Positions 1-16,101 are shown, counted from the first letter of the stretch. The stretch is DNA of 64,000 nt from Octopus vulgaris (GCA_951406725.2 OX597836.1:6758001-6822000), one strand, 5' to 3'. The notes: a model not told the origin generated them from the letters alone. Made by a program: numbers and translations.

Positions 1-118
<118 letters not shown>

Positions 119-673
119 TAGCATGCTTTAAGTGCCGATACCTTCAAAAACTGCCAGTGGTAGTTTTTCGAAGGAATTGGCACTTCAGGCAGGCTGGACA
201 CGGGCCGTTTTCGCCCTATCTCCCTTGATTTAATTATATACGAATGTGGCATTATCATTAATTTAACGCATTAATTGCTTTATACAATGCTGACAACTTG
301 ATAAAAATCATTAACGTGATATTTATCCTTATATCCTTTTATGAATTAATAAATAATATATATATATATATATATATAATAATAATAATACACACACACA
401 CACACATACTTATATATATATATAAATGTATATATGTGTGTGTGTGTATGTATGTATGTATGTATGTATATATATATATGTATGTATGTATATATATATA
501 TGTATATGTATGTGTGTATAAATTTTCTTTTATTTTTGCCGCTGGACACCTATTTATTCATCATATTTTACATACAGAAATTTAGGGCCTCAGAGCCTGT
601 TGGAAAGGAAGAAAATCTATCTCGATTTAGGAGGAACCTAACACATATTTGTAACAATATTATTGGGCTCAGC

Positions 674-860
674 AAGGCGGCGAGCAGGCAGAAGCGTTAG
701 AATGCCGGACAAAATGCTTAGTGGCTTTTCTTCGGACTTAATGTTCTGAGTTCAAATGTTGCCGGAGCAAGTACCATCTGAGCACTGGAATCGATGTAGT
801 CGACTAGCCCCGGTCTCCCTGCCCCAAAATTTCCGGCCTTTTTGCCAAAATTATTAACCA
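674..860 (+). mobile_element. SINE family A, internally deleted copy
   Basis: aggcggcgagcaggcagaagcgttag...gttctgagttcaaat...aagtacca...tcgatgtagtcgact. Confidence 0.8.
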
Positions 861-1329
861 ATATACCGGGCTCAACTAAAGTCACATAAGTTGGTGAGAT
901 TAAACGTCTAATCAATTAAATCTACCACCCTAAATCCGAAATCACGCTTCTGACAAAACCCAACGCAATTTTCGTCTAACCAGTTCCATTCACAAGTAAT
1001 TGGTAAACTACTCATACGAGCCATGATTTTGTACATTGCTATACCCATGGCCCTAATTCCCCATAGGATCTCTTGGAGGAATGGATTTTTTTTCTTTGTC
1101 AATGCGTTGTAATTTTTGCTTTAAAGATTAACAACTTAAGTGAAACAGCTCCAATGGCGACAGGAAGCTGTATAACCGTGATTTTAATCTTTATTACCTG
1201 ACTTATTTCGACTAGACACCACCCGAATTACCAAGGATTTTTATACTGGTTCAGTATAAATCTAGGTCTTTCATTTAACTCAGAGCATCCGTAAATCTCT
1301 CAAGATTATTTATATATCCCCTGGAAATA

Positions 1330-2065
1330 TCTTCCGTATGGTGAAAGGGTGTGAGCGGCTTTACATGGAAGATTGGTGACGGTTGCCCATGCATGGTATC
1401 TCTCAGTTCCATGTGACCAACATTCAAGAGCCGTGTGAAGGGCCGACGGAACTTTGTAGAAATTTAGACTCATTTGTTGCTCTCAGGACGGAAAATTACT
1501 TACTCGCGGCGGCATCCACCCGGGGTGTGTCAATCGGGCTCCGATTAACAAGTTCATCAGATTCCTCATGAATGTTGACCACATCCAACGGTGGACCTTA
1601 ACGTTCTGGCAAGCAAAGTAAGGAGATGCTTCTGCAAGCGAACCTAAAATCCACCTTGCAAATTTGACAAATTCGACAAATGCAACGTAGATACCATAGC
1701 CATAAATATCATTTGCTGTTGAGGTACAAATTACATGCTCGGAGATTGAGTGAGGGTTTCAAGTTCATACGGGGTCCCCAGTCACATGCAAAGGGTCCAA
1801 GAGAAGTGAAGTAACGAAACGCTTCCAACTGTCTGACACTTTGACCAATCCACTCGCCTGGGGATAGCATTATACTGATACCGAAACGATGAAAAGTAAA
1901 GTTTGTCTGCTTCCGGGTTTGAACTTCTAGCACAAACAACCGGAAGAAGTAAGATCATGGATGCTCTAATGACTTTGCCAATTCTAAGATTTACGAAATA
2001 TAATGAAAGGAAACATTTGGAGAATTTTAAAGATAAAATATAAGAGAGTCTGAGATGAAATGTGG
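1330..2065 (+). mobile_element. Highly decayed R4/Dong-like (RLE-type) LINE ORF remnant
   Basis: Ordered fragments across stops and frameshifts: [51 protein letters not shown]. These parallel the PLHG / ETEG.LLAAQ / ETI.HI.S.C / LWD / IIDV / EK..KY.DL..E..R motifs. Confidence 0.45.
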
Positions 2066-2116
2066 CAGATGTAGACGAATATAGTGGGTATATACATACA
2101 TACATACATACATACA

Positions 2117-2162
<46 letters not shown>

Positions 2163-2193
2163 CACACACACATATATATATCTATATAGATAT

Positions 2194-2286
<93 letters not shown>

Positions 2287-2334
2287 CATACACACCTATA
2301 TATACATATATATATGCATATATATAATTTATGT

Positions 2335-2589
2335 TTTACTTGTTGCAGACTGCGGTCATTCCGAGGCACCAACTTGAAGAATTTTAACCGGGACGTAACC
2401 ACACCAACACCAGTTGCCAGTCGATGGTGGGGAACAAAGATAAACAAAAGACACACAAGCATATATGTACATAGTACTAGAAAGATTGCTTCGAGATACA
2501 TGGCGTATTTAATAAATATGCGTGTTCAAAGTATCATTATAGTATGAAACTGTTATTATAGTAACTCTTTTAATGTTGCATATATAAAA

Positions 2590-2666
<77 letters not shown>

Positions 2667-2820
2667 AAATAATGAGGGTGAAATTGAATATTAATTCAAT
2701 TAATAGCAACTTAAAACCAGCAACCTAGCATATAGAAAAATCGGAAAATTCAGAAAAATTGATATTTATTAAATTAATATTCAATTTATCACCCTCATTA
2801 TTTAAATTATGCGCATGTAT

Positions 2821-2880
<60 letters not shown>

Positions 2881-3078
2881 ATGGATGGATGTATATAAAT
2901 ATATGTGACGGACTTCCATCAGCTACCGTCCACCAAAAGTACTCATAATGATTTGATCGGCTCGAGGCTTTAATAAAAGGACCGTTCTCCCAAGATGCTA
3001 CCACCAAGCAGGACTGAACCTGAAATCATGAGAATGGGAATCAAGCATCTTACCATTCTTACCTCAAAGCCACTCCAG
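2335..3078 (-). mobile_element. SINE family B pieces (3' module about 2335-2460; head about 2905-3078)
   Basis: Reverse-complement matches to both modules, separated by (TA)n and a fold-back element. Confidence 0.7.
2660..2810. mobile_element. (TA)n-associated fold-back element; related pieces at 14683-14935 and 19746-19990
   Basis: About 50-bp arms ataatttaaataatgagggtgaaattgaatattaatt / aattaatattcaatttatcaccctcattatttaaattat. Confidence 0.75.
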
Positions 3079-3088
3079 CGACTATATA

Positions 3089-3214
<126 letters not shown>

Positions 3215-3253
3215 TTTTTCTCTTTTTTCTGTGTTTTCTTGTTTGGATTAACC

Positions 3254-3289
<36 letters not shown>

Positions 3290-3332
3290 GTATATATATA
3301 TATATATATATATACATACATACATACATACA

Positions 3333-3364
<32 letters not shown>

Positions 3365-3657
3365 CACATACTTACATAGACAGTTGCGTACGCTCATAGC
3401 GTTTGTAATTAAATAGTTGTAAGTCGAAATAGTCACTAAAGAGAAGAAAAAAATGACATGAAAATTTTTCATGGAGAATTGTTTTACCTTCCATTTCTAC
3501 AAGACAAAATCGAAATAATCTCAACATCGACTGAATGAATAACAAATATAATTTTAATCAACTACAAATAAAGATTATTAAAGTGTTTATATATTCTGAT
3601 TAAATTAAATTATGTGAGGTTGACACATACGGCTGTAGAAATATATGCGTATGTTTA

Positions 3658-4092
3658 AAGCGGTGTGCTGGCACATCGTTAACACGCCGGGCGAAATGAC
3701 ATGCGGCAGTTCGTCTGTCTTTACGTTCTGAGTTCAATTTCCACAGAGGTTGAATTTGTCTTTTATCTTTTCGGGGTCGATAAATTAAGTACCAGTTGAG
3801 TACTGGGGTTGATCTAATCCACTGGCCCCCTCCCACAAAATTTCGGGCCTTGTGCCGAGGGTAGAAAAGAATGTATTCATGTGCATAAGGCGGCGTGTTG
3901 GCACAGTCGTTTGCACGCCGGGCGAAATGCTTTGCGGCGGTTCGTTCATCTTTACGTTCCGCGTTCAAATTCCACCGGGGTTGAATTTGTAATTCATCTT
4001 TCCGGGGTCGATACAATAAGTACCAGTTGAACACTGGGTCGATATAATCGATTGCTCCGTAATTGCTGACCTTGTACTAAAATTCGAAACCA
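3658..4092 (+). mobile_element. SINE family A, two head-to-tail copies (about 3658-3870 and 3887-4092)
   Basis: Homologous to 49088-49318. Confidence 0.88.
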
Positions 4093-4987
4093 ATATATAC
4101 GTGAGAGAGAGAGAGGGGGGGGAGTGTGTGTGTGTGGTTGTTGTGTATGTGTGTGTGTCTGCGGTGCCATATTCCTCAATTCCAGCTTATAACATAAATG
4201 CACTACGATACAATTACCTTCCGTCGGCAGGCCCTGCTCTATTTAACATTCAAGGGTAGCCAGAGAACCTTCTAGGCTAGCCTGTGAACAGGTCCTATGC
4301 ATGTGAACTTTCCCCAGCACTCTCTATGCCATTTGGAATGAACCGAACCCTCCTGTATAGCCGTTAAGTAGCTTACTGGAACTACGGGCATTCATGACTA
4401 GACTTGGGACGAAAACTGTAGTGGTTCCCTGTTGCCTTCACCAGGTAAATGGGATTTGAACTCAGAATGTAAAGAACTGCAAGATATATCATAAAGCAAT
4501 TTTACAGATACGCTAACGATGCTGCCATTCTCCTACTGATTTAAACTTATCCCAAAACACATCAAAGAAAAAGATGGCATCAACTGCAAACGATAGCGAG
4601 GCAAATGGCTGGAAAAGATACGAGACAAACTATTATAGCTGGATACATATCAGTCAACAATAACACCGGACGTGAAGAGACCATGATACCTCGAAATTGG
4701 ACGTTAAAATTACATAACAGATTCTAACAGGTGGTGGTATTGAGTCATGACCTGGACCAATGTGTGTGTGTGTGTGTGTTCAAAGATATATATATATATA
4801 TATAGATAGATAGATAGATAGATACTTAGATAAGTAATAGCAGAGGTGCTCGGTGTGGGATGATTTTACCGTTCAGGTATCGGCTCCCACATGCATATAT
4901 GTATATGTACATATATATGTGTACATATATATATATATATACACGTATATATACATACATACATACATACATATGTATGTACACATG

Positions 4988-5240
<253 letters not shown>

Positions 5241-5514
5241 ATTTCGCCTCTAACCTTGTCTGCCATTATCGCTATTTATCTTTGTATTTATTTATTTATT
5301 TATTTCCATTTTTATATTTGATATTTCTCTTGCTTTTCTTTCGGATTACCATTTCGACCATGATTGATTTGTTCCATAATTCTTTGATTTTTGTTCTTTT
5401 ATTGCTCTGATGTCTGGTTCTCTTGGTTTCATGTAAATATATTCCCTTGCCAAAATATTACCTGATGTTCCATTTACTTGCCAAGATACTCTCCATCAAT
5501 AGCAGCAGCGGCAG

Positions 5515-5665
5515 CATCACTTAGCGTCCGTTATCCCATGCTGGCATGAGTTGAGCGGTTTGACCAGAGCTGGCAAAATCACTAGTCTGATTTCGTATGG
5601 CTTTTACGGCTGGATGCCTTTCCTATCGCTAACCACATCACAGGGTGTACTGGGCGCTTTTATGT
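5515..5665 (-). mobile_element. Retroelement 3' tail fragment (RTE-related SINE/LINE type)
   Basis: cgtccgttatcccatgctggcatg...tttacggctggatgcctttccta; a recalled widespread tail motif. Confidence 0.55.
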
Positions 5666-6785
5666 TGTAAAGTTTCATATTTCGTGCTATTAGGAGTAAT
5701 GCGACCTGGACACAACATGAAGCTTGATCGACCCTAGCGGGCCCGCCAGACAGAGGGCGTCTAATTTCTGAAAGACCCGAGACCCTTAATGACCCCAGGA
5801 AATATTGCTGATGATGTGTTCAGGTGCATCACAGGATGATGTAAGGGAAAAAGTGATTTGAACGTTTTGCTGTGTCTCTTCTTGAAAAAGTTTTACAACC
5901 TCAAATGAGATGAGCCCCACGAGGTGAGATTCTGCTGCAGAGAGTACCGTTGGCCATTCTCCACGCAACCAGTTATGGGGTGTGCAACCAGTTACTCCCT
6001 TCTCACATTTTCTGCAGCTTAATTTTCCCCTCCATTTTTCTGCTTAGTATTTTTTGCAATGAAATTGTGATTCAACTTTTAAGTAAACAAAACAACTGAT
6101 TATTTAAAATAAATGGCACGGTTGTATGGTAAGAAGCTTGCTTCACAGTCACATGGTTCTAGGTTCGGTCCCACTGCATGCCACCTTCGGCAAGTATCTT
6201 CTACTATAGCCTCAAGCCGACCAATATTTTGTAATTGCATTTGGTAGACGGAAACATAAAAAATTTATGATTGCTCTCATGTTCATCTTGGCTTCAGAAT
6301 TCAAGACCACCAAGAAGAACGAACCCATAACATCGCATTTGGGAAGTGAATTGAATTGGTTTTGAGGTTTGTATATCGCAAAACTTAGTATAGAATCGAT
6401 TTAGGAAAAACTAATTAGAAGTCATAAAAATCTAGAATTTTTGTATGTTGATCACTTAGAGGCTAAAGGGATTTCCTGGGAGAAACCAAGGACTTAGAGA
6501 TTTACGTATATGATAAATTCAATGCATTTAAGTTATACAAAAACGTGGCAATTCAAATAGTTTGCTACCACAAGCACAAACACATTTCCGTTCACGCACA
6601 TGTATATGTCTCTGTGTGTGTGCGCGCAATATACAGACATGCATATATATGTGTGTATATATATATATATGTGTGTGTGTGTATATATACATATATATAT
6701 ATATATACACACACATATGTATGACTATATATGCATATGTATATGTGTATATATACATACACACAAACGCACACACACAGAGGCA

Positions 6786-6836
<51 letters not shown>

Positions 6837-6979
6837 TCACGGGTTTCTTTCTGTTTCCATGTATCAAATTTATTCATAAGGCTTTGGTCAGCCAGAGGCT
6901 ATAACAGAAGACACTTGCCCAAGGTGCCATGCAGTGGGACTCGACATATACACACATATATACATACATACATACATAC

Positions 6980-7057
<78 letters not shown>

Positions 7058-7114
7058 TTATATATTTTTTATATATATATGTATATGTATATATATATAT
7101 ATGTATATATATAC

Positions 7115-7195
<81 letters not shown>

Positions 7196-7441
7196 TGTAT
7201 ATATGTATGTATGTATCCTCACGTTATGTCATGTGATGTGAGTATGTGTCTGTGTATTTGTCTGTGTGCGTTGTTATGTTCAATTACTATAAAAGCGTTA
7301 ACCTGATGGGTTAGTCTATATTTTCGTAGACTAAAAATTTATTACACTTAGAAAAGAATGTTGTTTGACAGTGGCTTCGAAGTTTCGGACACCTGAGTCA
7401 CACCCACCCACAAACCCACACACACATATACATATCTATAA

Positions 7442-7487
<46 letters not shown>

Positions 7488-7540
7488 GTGTATATGTATG
7501 TATATATATCTATGTTAGTATATACATGTGCATATTCAAA

Positions 7541-7571
<31 letters not shown>

Positions 7572-7753
7572 GTGTGCATGTATTTATATTTATATGCAAA
7601 TATATAATGATGTATGTAGAAATGCGAATGTATGTATGTATATATATATACATATATATATGTGTGTGTGAGTGTATGTGTGTGTGTGTATGTGCTTCTC
7701 TATCTATCTTTTTATCCATCTATTTAGATTCATATATATATAGGGAGAGTTTA

Positions 7754-7806
<53 letters not shown>

Positions 7807-8166
7807 GATGTATGTTGAAACAGCAATCGAAATGTAAGGATCGATGCGAAATACACAAAATTCGGATGTTTCATCTCTCACCAAATAAGGTCGGACTAAA
7901 TAATTTTGCATCGATAGCGGGAGAGAGAGAGAGGACCTATCTTCTTCCGAATTGGACAGACTTGCCAGATATTGTAAAGGGAGTCTGAGAGAGCGCCTAA
8001 CCAATGAGATTGCAGCATCTCGCAGCAGGGATTGACACACAACCGACGTGGCAGCCAGTTACTGCATTCAACGGCTCTCACAAGGGACATATATATAAGT
8101 GTAGTTATATTTCGGTCTGCCTATGTCTCTCTGTCTGTCTACCAATCGCTCTGTCTGTCTGTCTAC

Positions 8167-8236
<70 letters not shown>

Positions 8237-8375
8237 CTCTATCTGTCTATGTAACTAACTATTAATCTAATCTTTTTTATATCTTTGTCTACCCGTCTCT
8301 ATTCATACATCAAATTCTCTCTTTCTCTCTTTCTTTCTCTTCCTCTCTCTCTCTCTCTTTCTGTCTGTCTGTCTG

Positions 8376-8539
<164 letters not shown>

Positions 8540-8629
8540 GGTATATATGTATTCGTTTACTTTTGTCTAAACATATAAAAAGAGAGGCACTGAAGCACAC
8601 CTACACACACACATGAGCACTTATATACA

Positions 8630-8665
<36 letters not shown>

Positions 8666-8896
8666 TATAGCTGAGGTGTGATCCGTTAAGTATGTATTAG
8701 AGTACAAAATTCACACTTAGAATTACCAAATACCCGTCAGTATTCAAATCCTGTATATAAGTGGATCTACGTTGCATCGAAACATGTGTAGTGGTCATTA
8801 AACAGCTGTCGAATTGCACTTCCTATTACATCTGACTCTGTTAATTCTTTCCTTTTTTATATATATACATACATATAAATATTTGTGTGTATATAA

Positions 8897-9040
<144 letters not shown>

Positions 9041-9090
9041 CTGTGTGTGTGTGTGTGTATGTATGTATATGTATCTCTCTCTCTCTCTCA

Positions 9091-9141
<51 letters not shown>

Positions 9142-9367
9142 TGTACGCCCCTTTCGAGCTACACTAAAACTTCAGCTGTGTGTTTATACAACGTTAGCAA
9201 CCGCAAACAAAGAACGGTATGAAACGATGGCTTTTCTGGAGTTTTTTGTTTGTTTTGTTTTTGTTTTGTTTTTGTTTTGTCTTTCAAACAGAAAACCAGT
9301 TTTATGACGGTTTATATCAGTGTATATTCGTACGGAAATACACGCACTATCACCACCACCTTCCACA

Positions 9368-9400
<33 letters not shown>

Positions 9401-9460
9401 CACACACATTTTCACACACAAAATCATGTATGTAGCACATAAGTATATAGATATATAAAA

Positions 9461-9597
9461 GGTTGTGCTGAAGGGTTCCTGACTTTGAGTAAAAGGAAAC
9501 ACAGGAGGATCAGTTAATTTATGATTTTATTCAACATATTCCCCTTAGATTCACACAATCATTGCTGCGGCCCTTCAGTATATCTAAGCCCTGTAAA
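9461..9597 (-). mobile_element. Mariner 3' end fragment, same family as 33878-34013
   Basis: gtgctgaagggttcctgacttt...gatcagttaatttatgattttattcaacatattccc...attcacaca...cggcccttcagt is the reverse complement of 33890-34010. Confidence 0.75.
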
Positions 9598-9736
9598 CGG
9601 ACCAGGAAGGATGGGCCTCATCCAACCCGACATTCTTTCTCGATGGCCCTTAAGCATAGAAACTTGTCAGCATCCCCACTTATATACATGTATATCAATA
9701 TGTTTCTATACCTGTCTTTATCAATATGTACATACG

Positions 9737-9778
<42 letters not shown>

Positions 9779-9801
9779 GGTGTGTGTGTGTGTGTGTGTG
9801 G

Positions 9802-9873
<72 letters not shown>

Positions 9874-9913
9874 ATTTATATATATGCATATATCTATATC
9901 TATGTATATATAT

Positions 9914-9946
<33 letters not shown>

Positions 9947-9947
<1 letters not shown>

Positions 9948-10182
9948 TGGGTTAGTGCATAAGTATTTCTGCTTCTTTTCGGCAAAAACATTTACAACAT
10001 GTAAAGGCAACCTCTTTAAAAGATTATTCCGGAGCATATTCAGCATCTACTTCAATTACTGCTTCCCATTTACGTGGCAGACGATCAGGCCGTCATTTAA
10101 ACATGTTTTTGTTAAATATAGTTATTGTTTTTGTTGAATAAAATTTGTTGAAATAAAGCCGCAATAATTATGTACCAAAATA
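9947..10182 (-). mobile_element. Second copy of the same mariner deletion derivative
   Basis: Colinear with 21691-21941, including the internal junction. Confidence 0.83.
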
Positions 10183-10183
10183 T

Positions 10184-10235
<52 letters not shown>

Positions 10236-10236
10236 G

Positions 10237-10304
<68 letters not shown>

Positions 10305-10944
10305 CGATATATATATTATATATATACCGATATAAGCATACATATATTTGTGTATATTTATATTATATATATTAATGCATACATACATGCTTGCATATCA
10401 TATATATATATATATATACACGTGAGTGTGTGTGTATTATATTTGCTTCCATTTTAACCGCTGTCCACATCAAGGAGCCATATTACAATACTCAACGCGA
10501 AAACCTAAAGTATACATTACTATAACAAGTATACATTAGTATACAATAAATCAGTGTGACTAAAGAATCTTAACACATTTACAAAGTAAGCATTATTAGG
10601 AACAAATTACGGACCATTACTTATCACACAGCTAGAACTCATGTAGAATAATCTATAAAATTTAACAGGAGTTAACAGATAAAAGATTATAAATCCAGCG
10701 ACGATTATTTTATCGTTTATAAAATTACGCCCACGATCCCTGGATGCCTACAGTTAAAACGCGTTAATGTTAATGCTGTTGTCTCCAATTTATTGAGATG
10801 AGAGTTAAACGTTAATGGATTTTAGAAATTTATTGTTGCATGTAAAAAAAATTAACGATTAAAGAGCTGATGATGAACCATAAACATCTTATTGTAAAAA
10901 TGTTTCTACATATTTACAGACACCTACAGACATCCACGCACACA

Positions 10945-11055
<111 letters not shown>

Positions 11056-11336
11056 CATGCATATATATATATATATTTATATACATATATATATATACAA
11101 ATTTTTATTGAAACTGGATGTTTTATATTCCTTTTGAAGGAATTGTTTTTTCCTCCGTTTGATTTTGTGTGTGTGTGTGTGAACGCGTCTGTCCATGTCA
11201 AAGCGTATGTACATATGAGTGTCAGGCTTATAAAGGCTTTAATGCAGGAAATATAAAACAATTGAGATATTACTGGTATATATGAAAATAATTTTCTCTG
11301 CGAATATACATTATATATATATATATATGTATATAC

Positions 11337-11508
<172 letters not shown>

Positions 11509-11555
11509 GCATACATACATACATGTGTATATATGTGTATGTATGTGTGTGTATG

Positions 11556-11586
<31 letters not shown>

Positions 11587-11770
11587 TGTATGTGTATATG
11601 AGTAAAAAAGATTCGGGTACAAGCTTTGTAGAACACTGTCTATTGTTATTATGATTGTATTTTGTCTGTTCCTAGATCCATGGCTTGGGGTTTGTCTGAA
11701 AAATGCTGAAAAGGACACCTGATACGATGAGTGGAATAACAGTAGTATCTAACGAAGGACTTAGTTAAAC

Positions 11771-11878
11771 AAACGCCTGAAGAGGTGCATTTTACACCAT
11801 GGATGCATGATAAGGATTATACATCTCACCAAAGAAGAACAGGAGTAAAAATGCATTGAAACAATTGTAGTGATTTTT
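11771..11878 (+). ncRNA. Type I hammerhead ribozyme motif (Penelope-like pLTR type)
   Basis: cgc-CTGAAGA(11777-83)-helix II ggtgcattttac/gtaaaaatgcatt-GAAA(11858-61)-palindromic caattg-TA-gtg. Confidence 0.65.
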
Positions 11879-11953
11879 AAACAAAGAATGTTATTTATGC
11901 AGTTTGTTTTTTACCATTAATTTACCTCTCTATCTATCTACATATATATATAA

Positions 11954-11996
<43 letters not shown>

Positions 11997-12311
11997 GAAC
12001 GCTTTGATATTTACATAGGTAAATGCACTTTAAAGGGCTTATATACTAATATGTTTAGACGTGCGAATCCCTAAGGTACTGGAGTGTGCTATGAGCATGT
12101 GTGTGCTTGAGTGTGCGTGTGCGCGCGTATGTGTGTGTGTGTTTGTGTGTGTGCGTGTGTGTGTGTTTAAGTAGTTTGTGTCCTCGTGAGATATATATGC
12201 TTCTTAATACAGGAGACATCGTATATAATATAAATGACAGTAACATATCTACACGTAGCACATAAATAAGTCATATACAAATGATACACACACATGCACA
12301 CAAACACGCAC

Positions 12312-12359
<48 letters not shown>

Positions 12360-12466
12360 GCGTATATATCAGAGCAACAAGTATGGGTGAATAGAAACAT
12401 GAAATTCAATACATAGACAGGCATATACGCTTTAAAATGTATACTTACATCGATATATACACGTGT

Positions 12467-12523
<57 letters not shown>

Positions 12524-12870
12524 TGTCTGTACTGAAATTTGAGCATATTTCCAGTTGTATACAGATATAGAATACATTCATACATACATATATATATATA
12601 TGTATATATATATATATGTTACATATATGTTTTTTATATATATATATATATATTTATATACGTTTATATGCACACACACACACACATATATACATGCATA
12701 TATATATATATATATATACATACATATATATATGAAATATATAGTCACAATGAGAATAATATATGTATAGGCATATACGCAAATATGGATACATAATCAA
12801 TATATGTATGTATGTGTGTATATATACATATATATATATATATATACATGTATATGTATATACATATATA

Positions 12871-12929
<59 letters not shown>

Positions 12930-13129
12930 ATATATGTATGTGTGTGTATGTATGTATATATATATAACATACACACATACATATATTGATAAACCACGGT
13001 CCAGTAAATGTGAGTTGTATTTGTACCTTATTACCCCGAAATATGATCCTCTTATGTATTGATGTCAAAAGTTACGGACTGATTCGCATCAGTGAAGTAT
13101 AAACGCATACATATACATATGTGCCTATA

Positions 13130-13178
<49 letters not shown>

Positions 13179-13359
13179 GTGTCTATATATATATACATGT
13201 ATGTGTGTGTGTCTATATATACATATTCATAGGTATGTAACTTCATATTGGCACATGTGCATTTGCGTATTTATGCTTCGTTATTCAATAAGTAATTAAC
13301 CTGCAATCTTAGAAAACAGAGCTGCGGACGTATTAGCAATAACGCAGGTAAGGTGAAGC

Positions 13360-13585
13360 TTCGTAAGGCCTGGTTTTACCCGGGTCTCATGGCATATATA
13401 TTTTTTCCACCTGGAAGGAACGCCTATCCGTTGCAGGATAACTCACTTTTGTCAGCTGAGAGGACCGAAGCAACGTTAAATGAAGTGTTTTGTTCAAGAA
13501 CACAACGCATTCCCGACGCGGGAATCGAAACCACAATCTTGCGATCATGTGTCCAACGCTCCTAACCACTAAGCCACGCGCCTCC
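13360..13585 (-). mobile_element. SINE family C-related copy
   Basis: Minus strand: ggaggcgcgtggcttagtggttagg...ggtttcgattccc...ttgaacaaaacacttc; head homologous to 53350-53488. Confidence 0.82.
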
Positions 13586-13839
13586 ATATATATTAGCATT
13601 GATGTATCATATGTAATAATTAATACGATGGGATTGTATAAGAATATTGTATATAATTTTGGGTAAATGTAAGTAATGTAATCTGTTTCTGTTGTGTTAG
13701 GGGGTTATTTCGAAAGCGATACATTTAATTTTACATATTGAAAGTAGAAGCATGTACATACGCACCGTATAGCCAAAGAAATATTATATTAACTTATATA
13801 TATATGAGTATGTGTATATATGTATACATGTATGCACAT

Positions 13840-13893
<54 letters not shown>

Positions 13894-13925
13894 TTGTGTG
13901 TATATATATATATATGTTTGTGTAA

Positions 13926-14071
<146 letters not shown>

Positions 14072-14206
14072 ACGCGCTGAAATACCCTTTTACAAGTGAA
14101 AACAAAATGAGTAATTAGTTTATAATCTCACTAAACGTTGCATTAATGCCGTGGATTGTGATTCGAATTCGAGTTACAACTGTTTTGTTTCCTTCTTTAT
14201 ATATCA

Positions 14207-14339
<133 letters not shown>

Positions 14340-14608
14340 AATTGTATGTATAACTATATAAATAGATATCAGAGAAATCCAAAGTGATGTTATAAGTATG
14401 TAGTGATACAAATAACAATTCGGCTTGGCATATATATACATGCCGAAGGTTCCTCTAATTTCCACACTTGGCGCGGAGGACCTAGTCCTGGACGTAGAAC
14501 TTTTTGTCCCAGTTGAAATTCGTTAGAACACAACTACCTGTTTTCTATATTGAACATATCCAGCCCTTAAGTATTGTACATCTATCAATATGTATATATA
14601 CATACACC

Positions 14609-14684
<76 letters not shown>

Positions 14685-15661
14685 GTGGTCATTCCTCTAA
14701 ATTTTGTATGTAAAAAATTTTTTAATCTTCAGATTTTTTTTTAAATATGCTAAGCTACTGGTTTTAATTGATTAATATCAATTTCTATCCATATTTAATT
14801 TTATATATATATGTATTTATATAACGAAGGTGATAAATTGAATTTTAATTTAATTAATATCAATTTAAATCCCGTAGCCTAGTATATAGAAAAATCTGAA
14901 AATTCAGAAAAATATTTAGAAAAAAAATATACGCATGTATATATATATGTAGTTATGTATTCATATATATCTGTATGCATGCATATATATATATGTTCAA
15001 AGAATACACACAATTTTCGGCTTTATATGAGGAATTCCATAATACAAATGTGATATTTTTGTTGACGTATTTTTGTTGCCGAATACTATGAATTTGTAGA
15101 ATTTTCTCTAATTGACATTTGGATCTGTTTGGCATAATTGAGGAATTCCCTTGGATGTGGTTTCTACTTACATTTACTGGTACCTTATTACAGGATATTA
15201 TTACCCATGTTCCATTAAAACTGAATCCTTCGCTGATATCTGCTTGGATTCTTTTAGTCCCTTTTTTCTTCATATTGTATATATATATATATATATGGAT
15301 ATGGATACTTACACGTGTATTGATAACGTAATCTTATATATGTATGTATAATTTATATATATATATATATTTATTTATATACTTATATATATGTATATAT
15401 ATGTATGTGTGTATGTAAAATATGTCGCTATTTTCGGGAATGTATTTTCATTGTATTTCATTCTTAATACTCATATCACAACTGTATATAAAATAGATTT
15501 ATCTACAATAGATTATTTAAGAGTTAAACAATTTTTCGCGAGGGAAGACACTTCCTAATTTAATTTCCAAAGATGTAATTGCTAATATAACCTAATATAA
15601 TATATCATAATGTAGTACTGTGTAGTAATCCGCCACATACATGCGTGCATGTATCTATATC

Positions 15662-15699
<38 letters not shown>

Positions 15700-15953
15700 T
15701 ATACCAGAATACAAGAATATAGGAATGTATATGTATATATATATAAATTTGTAAATATATTCAATGTATATATAATCCCAGAAGTGTAAATATGTATTGT
15801 GTATATACACATAAAATTATATGTTCCTGTATATACATATTTATGTATGAATACGTTTCTACATCTACATGGCTACAGCTCATGAGCTGAAACTAGAATC
15901 AATCAATCATATAAATTAATATAACGCACACACACACACACATTCATATACAT

Positions 15954-16080
<127 letters not shown>

Positions 16081-16101
16081 TATGCACACATATATATATA
16101 C

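Noticed and set aside
908-1102. Possible DNA-transposon (Chapaev/CMC-like) remnant, also considered at about 4200-4760
   Set aside because: Similarity too faint to support by eye; needs a Dfam/Repbase search
13510-13585. tRNA gene
   Set aside because: A/B boxes continue into a SINE body shared with 53195-53488; no clean cloverleaf or poly-T terminator
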